This document shows positions 8,173 to 16,493 of a stretch of 23,797 bases of DNA, piece after piece. The notes under the pieces were generated by a model, which saw only the letters and a program-made list of their open reading frames with translations, did not search any database and had not been told where the DNA came from. The translations under genes were made by a program, and so were the position numbers. Every line of letters begins with the position of its first letter. Within the stretch, counting starts at the first letter, position 1. The stretch comes from an uncultured Bacteriovoracaceae bacterium (GTDB taxonomy: Bacteria; Bdellovibrionota; Bacteriovoracia; Bacteriovoracales; Bacteriovoracaceae), in contig CAXGUD010000052.1 of the NCBI GenBank assembly GCA_964012805.1, positions 1-23,797 on the forward strand. The letters are read 5' to 3'.

Positions 8173-8766
8173 ATGAATTTAAATAAAAAGGAAGAGGAGG
8201 TTGTAATCCGACCTCTTGAGGAATCAGACCTCAAAAATGTTCAGCTATTTACGGATCGCTGGATTGGTCAAGATTATTATAGTTATTCTGAACTGTATGA
8301 CGTTTTCAAAAAAGGGAATCAAGGATCTTTAAACGCCTCTTTTGTAGCTCTTTCAGGCGGTGATGTCGTAGGTATTAGGCTAACTTATGCTCCAGGAACC
8401 TGGATTGAGTCCTCAACTGAAGTATTCAAAAAAGGACTTTCCACAAAAGAGTGGAAAGTTCCTCCTCTTAAAATGGGGTATTTTAAAAGCCTTTTTATTC
8501 ACGAGGACTTCCAAGGAAATGGACTAGGTAAAGTTCTTTCAAATAAAGCCTTATCAATTTTAAAAGATATGGGGGCGGAAGCTGTTCTTTGCCATTCCTG
8601 GATGGAGTCACCTGAGAATAGTTCACAAAGGTACCTGTTAAAAATGGGTTTTCAGAAAATTAAGGAACACCCTAAATTCTGGTACGAGATTGATTATTTT
8701 TGTACCCGCTGTGGACCTTCTCGTTGCGTTTGTACCGCTGGTGAAATGATAAAGCTTTTAGATTAA
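8173..8766 (+). CDS. GNAT-family acetyltransferase with C-terminal Cys4 motif
   Basis: IRPLEESDL start, acetyl-CoA motif A FIHEDFQGNGLGK, YLLKMGF, tail CTRCGPSRCVC. Confidence 0.88.
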   Translation: MNLNKKEEEVVIRPLEESDLKNVQLFTDRWIGQDYYSYSELYDVFKKGNQGSLNASFVALSGGDVVGIRLTYAPGTWIESSTEVFKKGLSTKEWKVPPLKMGYFKSLFIHEDFQGNGLGKVLSNKALSILKDMGAEAVLCHSWMESPENSSQRYLLKMGFQKIKEHPKFWYEIDYFCTRCGPSRCVCTAGEMIKLLD

Positions 8767-8787
8767 TAAAAAAGGGAGTGGAGCTTA

Positions 8788-9972
8788 ATGAGTGTTTCTT
8801 ATTGGAATGATCGAGTCATCCAGTCTAAAGAAAAAATAGAAGTTGATGTTGTTATTATTGGTGGTGGTATAGCAGGTCACTCTGCAGCCTATTGGCTCCA
8901 AAAAGAAGATCCCAGTTTACGGATTGCTATTGTTGAGAAACATCATCTGGGTGATGGGGCGACGGGAAGGAATGCTGGTTTTATAACTTGTGGCTCAGTA
9001 GAACACTTTAACCGTTTAGTAGATACCCATGGAGTGGATAAGGCCAAAGAAATTTGGAGTTTTAGCGAAAGGAACCTTCAACTTTTAAAAGAACATATTA
9101 TCAAGGGTGACCCTAACTCAATTCATTTTGAGGAAAAGGGAAGCTTTTCTTTAGCAAGTGAAAGAGGAGAGTTTAATGAGCTTCAAAAGACTGCAAACCT
9201 TATGAGCTCATTAGGCATTGAAGTTGAATTGATTAATGAGGGGCAAGTTCGTTCCCGTCTGGGGGCTGAAGGTTTTGTTGGAGGAATCAAATATTGTGAC
9301 GATGCCTCTGTAAACCCAATTAAGCTTCTTCAAAAAATAAGAAGTGAAATGAAAGGGGGAGGAAACGTTTCCTTTTATGAACACAATGAGGTGTATTCTA
9401 TCGATTCCGCTGGTGATCAAAGAATCGTTAAAACAAACCAGGCCCACTTTCATACTTCCTTGGTCATTCTTGCTACGAATGGATATTCAAAAAACTTAAG
9501 CACTTATTTTGAAGATAAAATATTTCCAACACGTGGACAGATCCTTATCACTGAACCAATAGCTCCTTTTATGGAAGGACCTTGTTATGCTAATTTTGTC
9601 CTCGATTACTTTAGGCAGCTTCCAACTGGTGAGTTGATTATTGGAGGTTTTCGTCAGCTTCAAAAGGACGTTGAGGTTGGTTTAAGTGATGAAGTCACAG
9701 ACGTCATACAAGTTGCTTTGGAGGAGTTCCTTCAAAAGCACCTACCTGCTTGTAAAGAAAAAAAGATCACTCATCGATGGTCAGGTGTGATGGGTTTTAG
9801 TGCTGACGGGCAACCAATGGTAGGTGCGCTTCCTTCTGATAATCAAACTTATTTTTTAGGTGGTTTCACGGCCCATGGTTTAGGGCTTGCTTTTAATACG
9901 GGAAAAACTTTAACTGACCTTATTTATGGACGTGAGGTCCCTGGCTTTATAACCGCAAAAAGGTGGAATTAA
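8788..9972 (+). CDS. FAD-dependent amine / amino-acid oxidase (DAO family, PuuB/OrdL/AmaA-like)
   Basis: DVVIIGGGIAG, GATGRNAG, ILATNGY, DYFRQL, WSGVMGFSADGQPMVG, GFTAHGL. GGAG RBS. Confidence 0.92.
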   Translation: MSVSYWNDRVIQSKEKIEVDVVIIGGGIAGHSAAYWLQKEDPSLRIAIVEKHHLGDGATGRNAGFITCGSVEHFNRLVDTHGVDKAKEIWSFSERNLQLLKEHIIKGDPNSIHFEEKGSFSLASERGEFNELQKTANLMSSLGIEVELINEGQVRSRLGAEGFVGGIKYCDDASVNPIKLLQKIRSEMKGGGNVSFYEHNEVYSIDSAGDQRIVKTNQAHFHTSLVILATNGYSKNLSTYFEDKIFPTRGQILITEPIAPFMEGPCYANFVLDYFRQLPTGELIIGGFRQLQKDVEVGLSDEVTDVIQVALEEFLQKHLPACKEKKITHRWSGVMGFSADGQPMVGALPSDNQTYFLGGFTAHGLGLAFNTGKTLTDLIYGREVPGFITAKRWN

Positions 9973-10039
9973 TAAATTAAAAATTAAAGAATTTCTATCA
10001 TTGTGCTTCCGTTTAATTTGAACTTTAGGGGAGGTCTAA

Positions 10040-10840
10040 GTGGATCTTGATAAGTTTTTTAAGAAATCATGGGATGATTATATTGAAATAACTCCTTCAG
10101 CGAAAAAAATAAATGACCTCTTAAAAAAAGAGGGAGAGGATATCGTCAACGACCATATTGCTCTTAGGACCTTTTCGGATGACCGCGTAGGTTTAAAGGT
10201 CTTTGAGGAATATTTTTGTGAACAGGGGTATGAAAAAAAGGGAGATTATAGCTTTCCAGAAAAAAAGCTTAGGGCCAATCATTTTGAAAATAGAGGAACC
10301 CCCTCATTACCAAAGATTTTTATTAGTGAACTGGACTTGGAATCCTTCAGCACTCCTTTTAAGGATATTGTTGAAAAAGTTCTTAAATATGTGCCTATCG
10401 GAGCCACTTTTAGAGAGTTATACAACTTAACCCTTCCTTGGAAAGATCAACTGATTTATGAAGATTATCAAGTACTTAGGAAAGAGTCTGAGTATGCAGC
10501 CTGGCTCTTGGCCATGGGGTTTCGGGCCAATCACTTTACAGTTTTTATAAACCCACTTAAAAAATTGACGTCAATTCGAAAAATGAATGATTTTCTTAAG
10601 GGTCATGGGTTTTCCTTAAATGAGAGCGGGGGGGATGTTAAAGGCTCTCCTGAGGACTTTTTAGAGCAATCCTCTATTATGGCCGATACTCAGGTTGTCA
10701 GTTTTAAAGAGGGGGAATTCGATGTAAGTACCTGTTATTATGAGTTCGCTCAACGGTATAAGCTTCCTTCTGGAGAGGTTTTTCAGGGTTTTATCGCCAA
10801 CTCTGCTAGTAAAATTTTTGAAAGTACTAATTTAAGATAA
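10040..10840 (+). CDS. DUF1338 protein (HglS/YdcJ-type 2-oxoadipate dioxygenase/decarboxylase family, short type)
   Basis: NDHIALRT, PKIFISEL, ESEYAAW, ANHFT, LEQSS, YYEFAQR, GFIANSASKIFEST. The His/His/Glu metal triad is present. GGAGG RBS before the GTG. Confidence 0.88.
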   Translation: MDLDKFFKKSWDDYIEITPSAKKINDLLKKEGEDIVNDHIALRTFSDDRVGLKVFEEYFCEQGYEKKGDYSFPEKKLRANHFENRGTPSLPKIFISELDLESFSTPFKDIVEKVLKYVPIGATFRELYNLTLPWKDQLIYEDYQVLRKESEYAAWLLAMGFRANHFTVFINPLKKLTSIRKMNDFLKGHGFSLNESGGDVKGSPEDFLEQSSIMADTQVVSFKEGEFDVSTCYYEFAQRYKLPSGEVFQGFIANSASKIFESTNLR

Positions 10841-10901
10841 CTTTTTCTCATTTGTTGACAATTTCTCGACTATAAGTGCCTAAGTAGGTAGACTTGCGCT
10901 C

Positions 10902-11645
10902 ATGAGACTGGCAAAAGCCATAATAGGCATATTTATTTTATTAGTAGGAATCTATTTTTTAGTCAACGTAAAGGAGATGACTCCTACTCCTTTTATTGTT
11001 GAAGAGAGAGAGAAGACTTTTTTTGTTCAAAATGTATCTTCTAAGCTCTCTTCAAAAAGACCAAATCTAGTTAAACCATCTAGAACGAAACAACTTATTA
11101 AAGCTGAATTGAATGGTTCGGAGAAGCTTCTTCCTAGCAAATCTGATGTACGTGAAGATGATTATCTAGAAGGTTCTCAGCTTAATGGAGCTCAAACTGA
11201 TCCAATGGATCCTCTTGAGTCTGAAATAGAAGGACTTGATACAATAACTGATGAAGATATTGATCAGCTAGAAGTTTACTTTGATGGAGTTGAAAAAAAT
11301 TGGAAAAAGAGAATGTCCGATTTTATGATAAATGAATTAGGTTTAACTGTTGAAAAACAAGAGGAATATGACCGTTTGAGGGATGAATACGAGGAAGAAA
11401 AAATTTCTGCAATGGAAGACTTTCACGAGTATATGGAAGACAAATTTGGCGAAGGTTATGTTGTAGAGCCAAATCATGAACAAGAATATTTTCAAAATAA
11501 AATTAAAGGCAATTACTTTGAAAAATTAAAAAGTGTTTTTGGTGAAGAAGGTTTCGACCGCTACTTAGAGCACTTAGGTGAATACAATCAAAAAATCTCT
11601 GAGGAACAAGATCCTGATCATGGTGTTTTTTTGATTGAAATTTAA
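10902..11645 (+). CDS. Membrane-anchored, acidic, helical hypothetical protein
   Basis: N-terminal signal-anchor (AIIGIFILLVGIYFLV), a linker, then a Glu/Asp-rich helical C-terminal domain. Confidence 0.82.
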   Translation: MRLAKAIIGIFILLVGIYFLVNVKEMTPTPFIVEEREKTFFVQNVSSKLSSKRPNLVKPSRTKQLIKAELNGSEKLLPSKSDVREDDYLEGSQLNGAQTDPMDPLESEIEGLDTITDEDIDQLEVYFDGVEKNWKKRMSDFMINELGLTVEKQEEYDRLRDEYEEEKISAMEDFHEYMEDKFGEGYVVEPNHEQEYFQNKIKGNYFEKLKSVFGEEGFDRYLEHLGEYNQKISEEQDPDHGVFLIEI

Positions 11646-11724
11646 TCATATTTTTCTTAAAAAAGAATTCTTCACATTTTCTATTATCAAGATTTTAAAA
11701 ATAAAATAAAAAAGGACGTTTAAG

Positions 11725-12267
11725 TTGGTTCAAAAGTGGGTAGAGAAAGAATCTCAGCATGTTTTATCTGGTCGCATTTTCCGTTATCACAAAAAGATAA
11801 GAAGTTCTCCTGGGGGTGATAAAGAGGGAGGCTTTGATGTTATTGAATGTTTTCCTTGGGTTAATATTTTAGCTTTCGATCAAGCTGGTAATCTTATTTT
11901 AGTTGAACAATATCGGCATGGGGTAGATGATTTGACTTTAGAAATCCCAGGAGGTGCAGTTAATTCTGGAGAAGACGTTAAATTGAGTGCCCAAAGGGAA
12001 CTTCTGGAGGAGACAGGTTACACTAGCGACGAGTGGCATCTTTTGGGAAGTGTCCAGGCCAATCCAGCTTTTATGACAAACGACTGTACAACATATTTGG
12101 CCATGAATTGTAAAAAAACTTCCGATCAAAACTTAGACCCAATGGAAGAGATTGATGTTAAATTAACAAGTCTCAGGTCATTTGAAGACAAAATAAAAAG
12201 TGGAGAAATTAAGCACTCTCTTGTTCTAGCTGCTTACGCACTCTATTCCCTTTGGAAAAAATCCTAA
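11725..12267 (+). CDS. Nudix hydrolase (ADP-ribose pyrophosphatase-like)
   Basis: Intact Nudix box GAVNSGEDVKLSAQRELLEETGY, plus LVEQYRH...LEIPGG. TTG start with AAGGA upstream. Confidence 0.92.
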   Translation: MVQKWVEKESQHVLSGRIFRYHKKIRSSPGGDKEGGFDVIECFPWVNILAFDQAGNLILVEQYRHGVDDLTLEIPGGAVNSGEDVKLSAQRELLEETGYTSDEWHLLGSVQANPAFMTNDCTTYLAMNCKKTSDQNLDPMEEIDVKLTSLRSFEDKIKSGEIKHSLVLAAYALYSLWKKS

Positions 12268-12311
12268 GTCTTTAAAAATAATTGGGTGCTATCCAAGTTT
12301 GTCTTTTAAAA

Positions 12312-12890
12312 CTATTTTTCTTGGTTTCGGGGTTTTGTTTTCTTTTTGGTATAGTGTTTCTTGGGGCTTTTCTTTCCCTTATTGAGTGTAAACCAATCCT
12401 TAGATCCAATGGCATGGAAATAGTCGGCTTCTTCTTTAAGAAGTGAAGATGTTGTTTCCTCCACAGCTGCTATTTCAATCCTAACACCTTCACCTTTTAG
12501 ATGGCGGACAAGCTCAACATAATCAGCATCACCAGAAAGAATGATGATTGTATCAACTTTGCTGGCAAGTTGGGTTGCCTTAATGGATAGAGGAATGTCT
12601 GCACTTTTGTGACAAGGAACGACTGAGCCGTGGTAATACTGATGGAGCCTGTCTGAGAGCTTGGAAGAGATATTTTTACCTTCTCTAAAATAGATGAGCC
12701 TATTAAGGCCCCTATTATCAAGCAGTCTGGGGATCAAGGTATCGAAATTAAGCATTGTTTCCTGATTCTTGGTTATAGAGTGAATGCTTCTTTCTATATT
12801 ATTACCGTCGATCAATACTGCAACGGATTGATTTATTGTGACTTCAACATAGTCTATATTATCGTTCATGGCCCTTATGGTCCTTTTCAT
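12312..12890 (-). CDS. NYN-domain (LabA/DUF88, PIN-fold) protein
   Basis: VLIDGNN, KSADI, ILSGDADY, L..EAD.F: all four acidic catalytic positions are present. Lys-rich C-terminal tail. The start may instead be 12869. Confidence 0.9.
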   Translation of the reverse strand: MKRTIRAMNDNIDYVEVTINQSVAVLIDGNNIERSIHSITKNQETMLNFDTLIPRLLDNRGLNRLIYFREGKNISSKLSDRLHQYYHGSVVPCHKSADIPLSIKATQLASKVDTIIILSGDADYVELVRHLKGEGVRIEIAAVEETTSSLLKEEADYFHAIGSKDWFTLNKGKKSPKKHYTKKKTKPRNQEK

Positions 12891-12998
12891 TTAGTTTTTC
12901 TAAAATGCTCTAAAGAATGCTTAGTATCATACTTCTATGCATTATACAAGGAACAGAGGTCTAGGAAGCCTTTTTAGTTTGCTATTAAAAACCTGAGT

Positions 12999-13259
12999 CT
13001 ATGAATACAGTTGTCCTCTTACAAATAAGTGGAAACTATCCAATTGCCAAAGAATAATAATTAACTGTATTTCACTATGAGTCATAGGAAGACCCGTATA
13101 TTGAATAATGATTCTAACCTTTTTATCTTTTTTCTTTTGGAGATTCCTTTTTGGGGCCTTACCGACCTCAACAGTAAAAAGGGATAAAAACAAGAATAAG
13201 GGCGAAGCAGCAAGGGAAGAAAAACTAAGAAAATTTAACTGCGCTTTTAAATATTTCAG
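12999..13259 (-). CDS. Possible small membrane-associated protein coupled to the XRE gene (CTG start), or a gene remnant
   Basis: The frame is open from CTG at 13259, which overlaps the XRE TGA (CTGA), through the tracked ORF to 12999. It encodes hydrophobic FLSFSSLAASPLFLFLSLF followed by a basic stretch. Confidence 0.35.
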   Translation of the reverse strand: MKYLKAQLNFLSFSSLAASPLFLFLSLFTVEVGKAPKRNLQKKKDKKVRIIIQYTGLPMTHSEIQLIIILWQLDSFHLFVRGQLYS

Positions 13260-13483
13260 CTACCCTCTTCCACAATAAAAACTTCATGAATGCTTTTCTC
13301 AAAAAAGATTGAGATTCGAAGTGCCAGTTCTAGGGAAGGGTTATAATTTCCTTTTTCCAATGAACTGACCGTTAACCTCGTAACACCAACTTCATCTGCT
13401 AGCTGCTGTTGTGTGAGTTTTTTTTCAGCTCGTAAAATGTGAACGTTATTTGTAATCAAAAGTTTTGGTTTTAGATTTCCCAT
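13256..13483 (-). CDS. XRE/Cro-C1-family HTH transcriptional regulator (75 aa)
   Basis: LRAEKKLTQQQLADEVGVTRLTVSSLEKGNYNPSLELALRI. ATG at 13483 is preferred because the TTG at 13528 overlaps the operator box. Confidence 0.93.
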   Translation of the reverse strand: MGNLKPKLLITNNVHILRAEKKLTQQQLADEVGVTRLTVSSLEKGNYNPSLELALRISIFFEKSIHEVFIVEEGS

Positions 13484-13508
13484 ATTGTCTTCAATTAATG
13501 ATAGTCTT

Positions 13509-13558
13509 ATGTAAATTAAACTATACAAATTGGGAAAAAATGTAAATTAAACTATGCA
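13509..13558. promoter_or_regulatory. Twin operator-like boxes upstream of the XRE gene, overlapping a putative minus-strand sigma70 promoter
   Basis: ATGTAAATTAAACTATACA (13509-13527) and ATGTAAATTAAACTATGCA (13540-13558) are 18/19 identical with a 31-bp period. Each is an imperfect TGTA-N10-TACA palindrome. On the minus strand, TTTACA-N17-TAGTTT lies within them. Confidence 0.7.
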
Positions 13559-13760
13559 TTTTAAAACACGAAATTTATAAGTTAGAACGATTTCAATAGC
13601 TTGAAGTTGGATCGGATCCTTCTGTTAAAGCCTGAAGTCACTCTTAGATAAGGTTTTTACCTTTTGAGTTGAAACTACTCGAAAATTGGCTTCATATTAG
13701 CTATATTCCTTTCAAGATAGGCTTAATCAAAAAGACTCATTATCAAACATTAGGAACACT

Positions 13761-14582
13761 ATGCCCGAGTTACCCGAGGTAGAGACAGTGAGGAAAGGTC
13801 TCTCTGACTTTCTTCCTTTAAAAATAAACAAAGTTGAAAGAACTCCAGAACTTGCGTCTATCCTCAAAACTGAAGAGTTTTCTTTAAAGGGTTTGACCAT
13901 CTCCTCTTTGGAAAGAAAAGGAAAAGTTCTTATTTTTCATTTGGGTGACGGAAAGACTGTTGTCAGCCGATTTGGAATGGCTGGTTCCTGGGAGGTAAGT
14001 GAAGAAAAAAATAAAAAAAAGCATAACCACCTGCAACTCTACTGCACTTCATCTCAAGGAAAGGTCTTTTTGAGTTATGTTGATGCCAGAAGGTTTGGCA
14101 AAATGCATATAGGTTATCAGGAAGTCACTAAGAGAGAGCTTGCCAAAGTAGGGGTTGATGTAACAACGGAAGAGTTTAACGAGAAAATTTTGAGGGATAT
14201 TTTAAAAAAGTACCCCGACCGTCAAATCAAGCCTCTTCTTTTAGAGCAAGAAAAGTTGGCCGGCATAGGAAATTATTTAGCTTGTGAAATATTGGCCCAC
14301 TGTAATGTAAGGCCTACAAGGCGTTGCAAAACGATTACAAAAGAAGAAACCAAAAAAATGGTTTGGGCCACTAAGAAAGTCGTTTCTGAGTCCATTGAAA
14401 AAAATGGTCTTACTTTTACAAAGACAACGGGTTATCGTGATGTCCTAGGAAATGCTGGTGAGTTTTTTGATGGACTCGTAGTTTTTAGACAAAAGCTTTG
14501 CAAATTGTGTGGTGATGTTCCTGTCAAAAAAATAGTTCTCGCAACGAGGGGAACATTTTATTGTCCTAAGTGCCAAAAGTAG
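13761..14582 (+). CDS. mutM: Formamidopyrimidine-DNA glycosylase (Fpg)
   Basis: MPELPEVE, RKGK, DARRFG, H2TH LLEQEKLAGIGN, C-terminal Zn finger CKLC...RGTFYCPKCQK. AGGA RBS. Confidence 0.95.
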   Translation: MPELPEVETVRKGLSDFLPLKINKVERTPELASILKTEEFSLKGLTISSLERKGKVLIFHLGDGKTVVSRFGMAGSWEVSEEKNKKKHNHLQLYCTSSQGKVFLSYVDARRFGKMHIGYQEVTKRELAKVGVDVTTEEFNEKILRDILKKYPDRQIKPLLLEQEKLAGIGNYLACEILAHCNVRPTRRCKTITKEETKKMVWATKKVVSESIEKNGLTFTKTTGYRDVLGNAGEFFDGLVVFRQKLCKLCGDVPVKKIVLATRGTFYCPKCQK

Positions 14583-14684
14583 GTCCATTGTAAAACTTTC
14601 TTCCTAAAGAACTAGTTTTCTTTCATTGTCCGTACTATTATCTCCTAAATTAAAAATTTTGGTAATTTAAAAAAAGGCTGCGTA

Positions 14685-15875
14685 ATGATTCGAGAATTTC
14701 ATTGTAGTAAGTTGTTGTGTATAGTTTTAACTTTTTTTCTCTTTAACCCTTTGCTTAATGCCGGGGAAACTGAGGATCTTTTCAAGATTTGGCCTTATAC
14801 TTTAAGAACTGACAAAGGTGAGGTCCTCCTTAAATTTAAATTAAATAAAGCTCAAAAATTAATTTTAAAGATCAAGAGAGGAACTCAATCTGGTGATGAA
14901 GTTCAAGAAAGGGTTTTAAAAGTTTCAAAGAAAAAGGTTTATACCTTTAAACTTGGAGCTCAAAAATGTGGGGAGTCTTTAGAGTACAAACTTATTTCCC
15001 ATGATGACCCTGAACTTATTTTAGAAAGTCATTTTTTGAAGGCCTTCTCTTGCGGCGACGGTCGCACCTCCTTTAAATTTCTTATGATGTCAGACACTCA
15101 GGAAAATAATAAGCGTCATCAAAAGCTTGGAGAGATGATCGCAAAAAAAATGAAAAAACAAAAAATTTCTTTTGTTCTTAATACGGGTGATGTTGTTCAA
15201 AATGGCGGAAAAGATGATGACTGGGTTTCCTTTTTTAAAGCAGGGAAATCTTACCTTTCTAAATATCCCATCGTCGCTGCCCTCGGAAATCATGCTTTTT
15301 ATAGAGAAAGAGGTAAAAAAACTTCAATGCCAAATAACTTTGGCCGCTACTTAAGATGGCTTGAATCCCCCAAGCTAGGTTATTTTTCTTTGGAGTTTCC
15401 TAACTTTGCTCTCATTATTTTCAATTCTAACTTTGCAAAACTTAAGAAGGATCAGGAGAAAAACCAGTGGAAGTGGTTTGAAGAGAGGCTTAAGTATTAT
15501 AAAGAAAGGGGATTACCAATGTTTGTAGCCATGCATTATCCTCCTTTTTCTTCTTCGGCTTTTAACCTGTCTTCCTCGGCCAGAACACTAAGAAAAATGA
15601 TGCTGCCTCTTATCGAGAAATATGGTGTCAAGATTGTATTTTCTGGGCATACTCATATATACGAACGAAGTTTTAAAGATAACATCCACTATATTATAGG
15701 TGGGCCTTCCGGTGGAAAGTTTATAAGAAGTACCTATAATAAAAATGTATTTAAAAAATTTATGCTTCCAAACACGCCGACTTTTACCCTCGTATCTGTA
15801 AAGAAGCAATTTGTAAGTCTCAAGACCTACAATGATAAAGGGAAATTAATTGATACGCTAAGAGTTGATCTTTAA
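14685..15875 (+). CDS. Secreted calcineurin-like metallophosphoesterase (purple acid phosphatase-like)
   Basis: Signal-peptide-like N-terminus. Motifs SDTQ, TGDVV, LGNH, MHYPP, FSGHTHIYER. Confidence 0.9.
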   Translation: MIREFHCSKLLCIVLTFFLFNPLLNAGETEDLFKIWPYTLRTDKGEVLLKFKLNKAQKLILKIKRGTQSGDEVQERVLKVSKKKVYTFKLGAQKCGESLEYKLISHDDPELILESHFLKAFSCGDGRTSFKFLMMSDTQENNKRHQKLGEMIAKKMKKQKISFVLNTGDVVQNGGKDDDWVSFFKAGKSYLSKYPIVAALGNHAFYRERGKKTSMPNNFGRYLRWLESPKLGYFSLEFPNFALIIFNSNFAKLKKDQEKNQWKWFEERLKYYKERGLPMFVAMHYPPFSSSAFNLSSSARTLRKMMLPLIEKYGVKIVFSGHTHIYERSFKDNIHYIIGGPSGGKFIRSTYNKNVFKKFMLPNTPTFTLVSVKKQFVSLKTYNDKGKLIDTLRVDL

Positions 15876-15886
15876 TAGGAGTTTGA

Positions 15887-16471
15887 ATGCTTCAGGAAAG
15901 GGAAAAATCTTACTTACTCAAGCTAGCAAGAGATTCAGTCCTTTTCTACTTTAATAAAAAAGAGCTTTTAAATGTAGATTCCGAAATCCAGTCAGAGTTT
16001 CAAAAAGGGGAGGGTGGTGATTCTCTCCTTTTTAAAAGATTAGGCTGCTTTGTAACTTTTAAAACAAAGCAGTCAGAAGATCTAAGAGGCTGTATTGGAA
16101 TTATTGAGTCAACAGAAAGGCTCTATAGAAATGTTATTGAGTACGCCATTCACTCTGCGACTAAGGACCCCAGGTTTCCTGCCATTCATGAAGGAGAACT
16201 CAAAAATTTGACTATCGAGATTTCTGTTATGGGAGAAGTCAGGCACCTTCAGAAATTAGATGACATTGAAATTGGAGTTCATGGTCTTATCGTTGAAAGA
16301 GGAATGTCTAGAGGACTGCTTCTTCCTCAGGTGGCCCAGGAGTATGGCTGGGATCGGAAGCTTTTTTTAGAGCAGACTTGTCTAAAAGCGGGATTACCTA
16401 CTAATGCCTCAGAAGATAAAGAAACGAAGCTTTTTTTCTTTGATTCTTTTTGTTTTTCTGAGAAGGATTAA
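15887..16471 (+). CDS. amrA: AMMECR1-domain protein (AmmeMemoRadiSam protein A)
   Basis: GCFVT, LRGCIG, DPRF, IEISV, GLLLPQVA, CLKAGL. AGGAG RBS. Confidence 0.92.
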   Translation: MLQEREKSYLLKLARDSVLFYFNKKELLNVDSEIQSEFQKGEGGDSLLFKRLGCFVTFKTKQSEDLRGCIGIIESTERLYRNVIEYAIHSATKDPRFPAIHEGELKNLTIEISVMGEVRHLQKLDDIEIGVHGLIVERGMSRGLLLPQVAQEYGWDRKLFLEQTCLKAGLPTNASEDKETKLFFFDSFCFSEKD

Positions 16472-16493
16472 TTGATGATCTTCTAAAAGAGGA

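Noticed and set aside
13560..13760. XRE-mutM intergenic region as a riboswitch or ncRNA (hairpin TTTTGAGT-TGAAACT-ACTCGAAA near 13662-13684)
   Set aside because: There is only one weak hairpin and no recognisable c-di-GMP or other aptamer motif. An Rfam cmscan would settle it.
11725..14582. Nudix + NYN + XRE + MutM as a defence or toxin-antitoxin system
   Set aside because: Orientations are mixed and NYN is about 365 bp from the XRE gene. All resemble housekeeping-type family members, and there is no mobile-element context.
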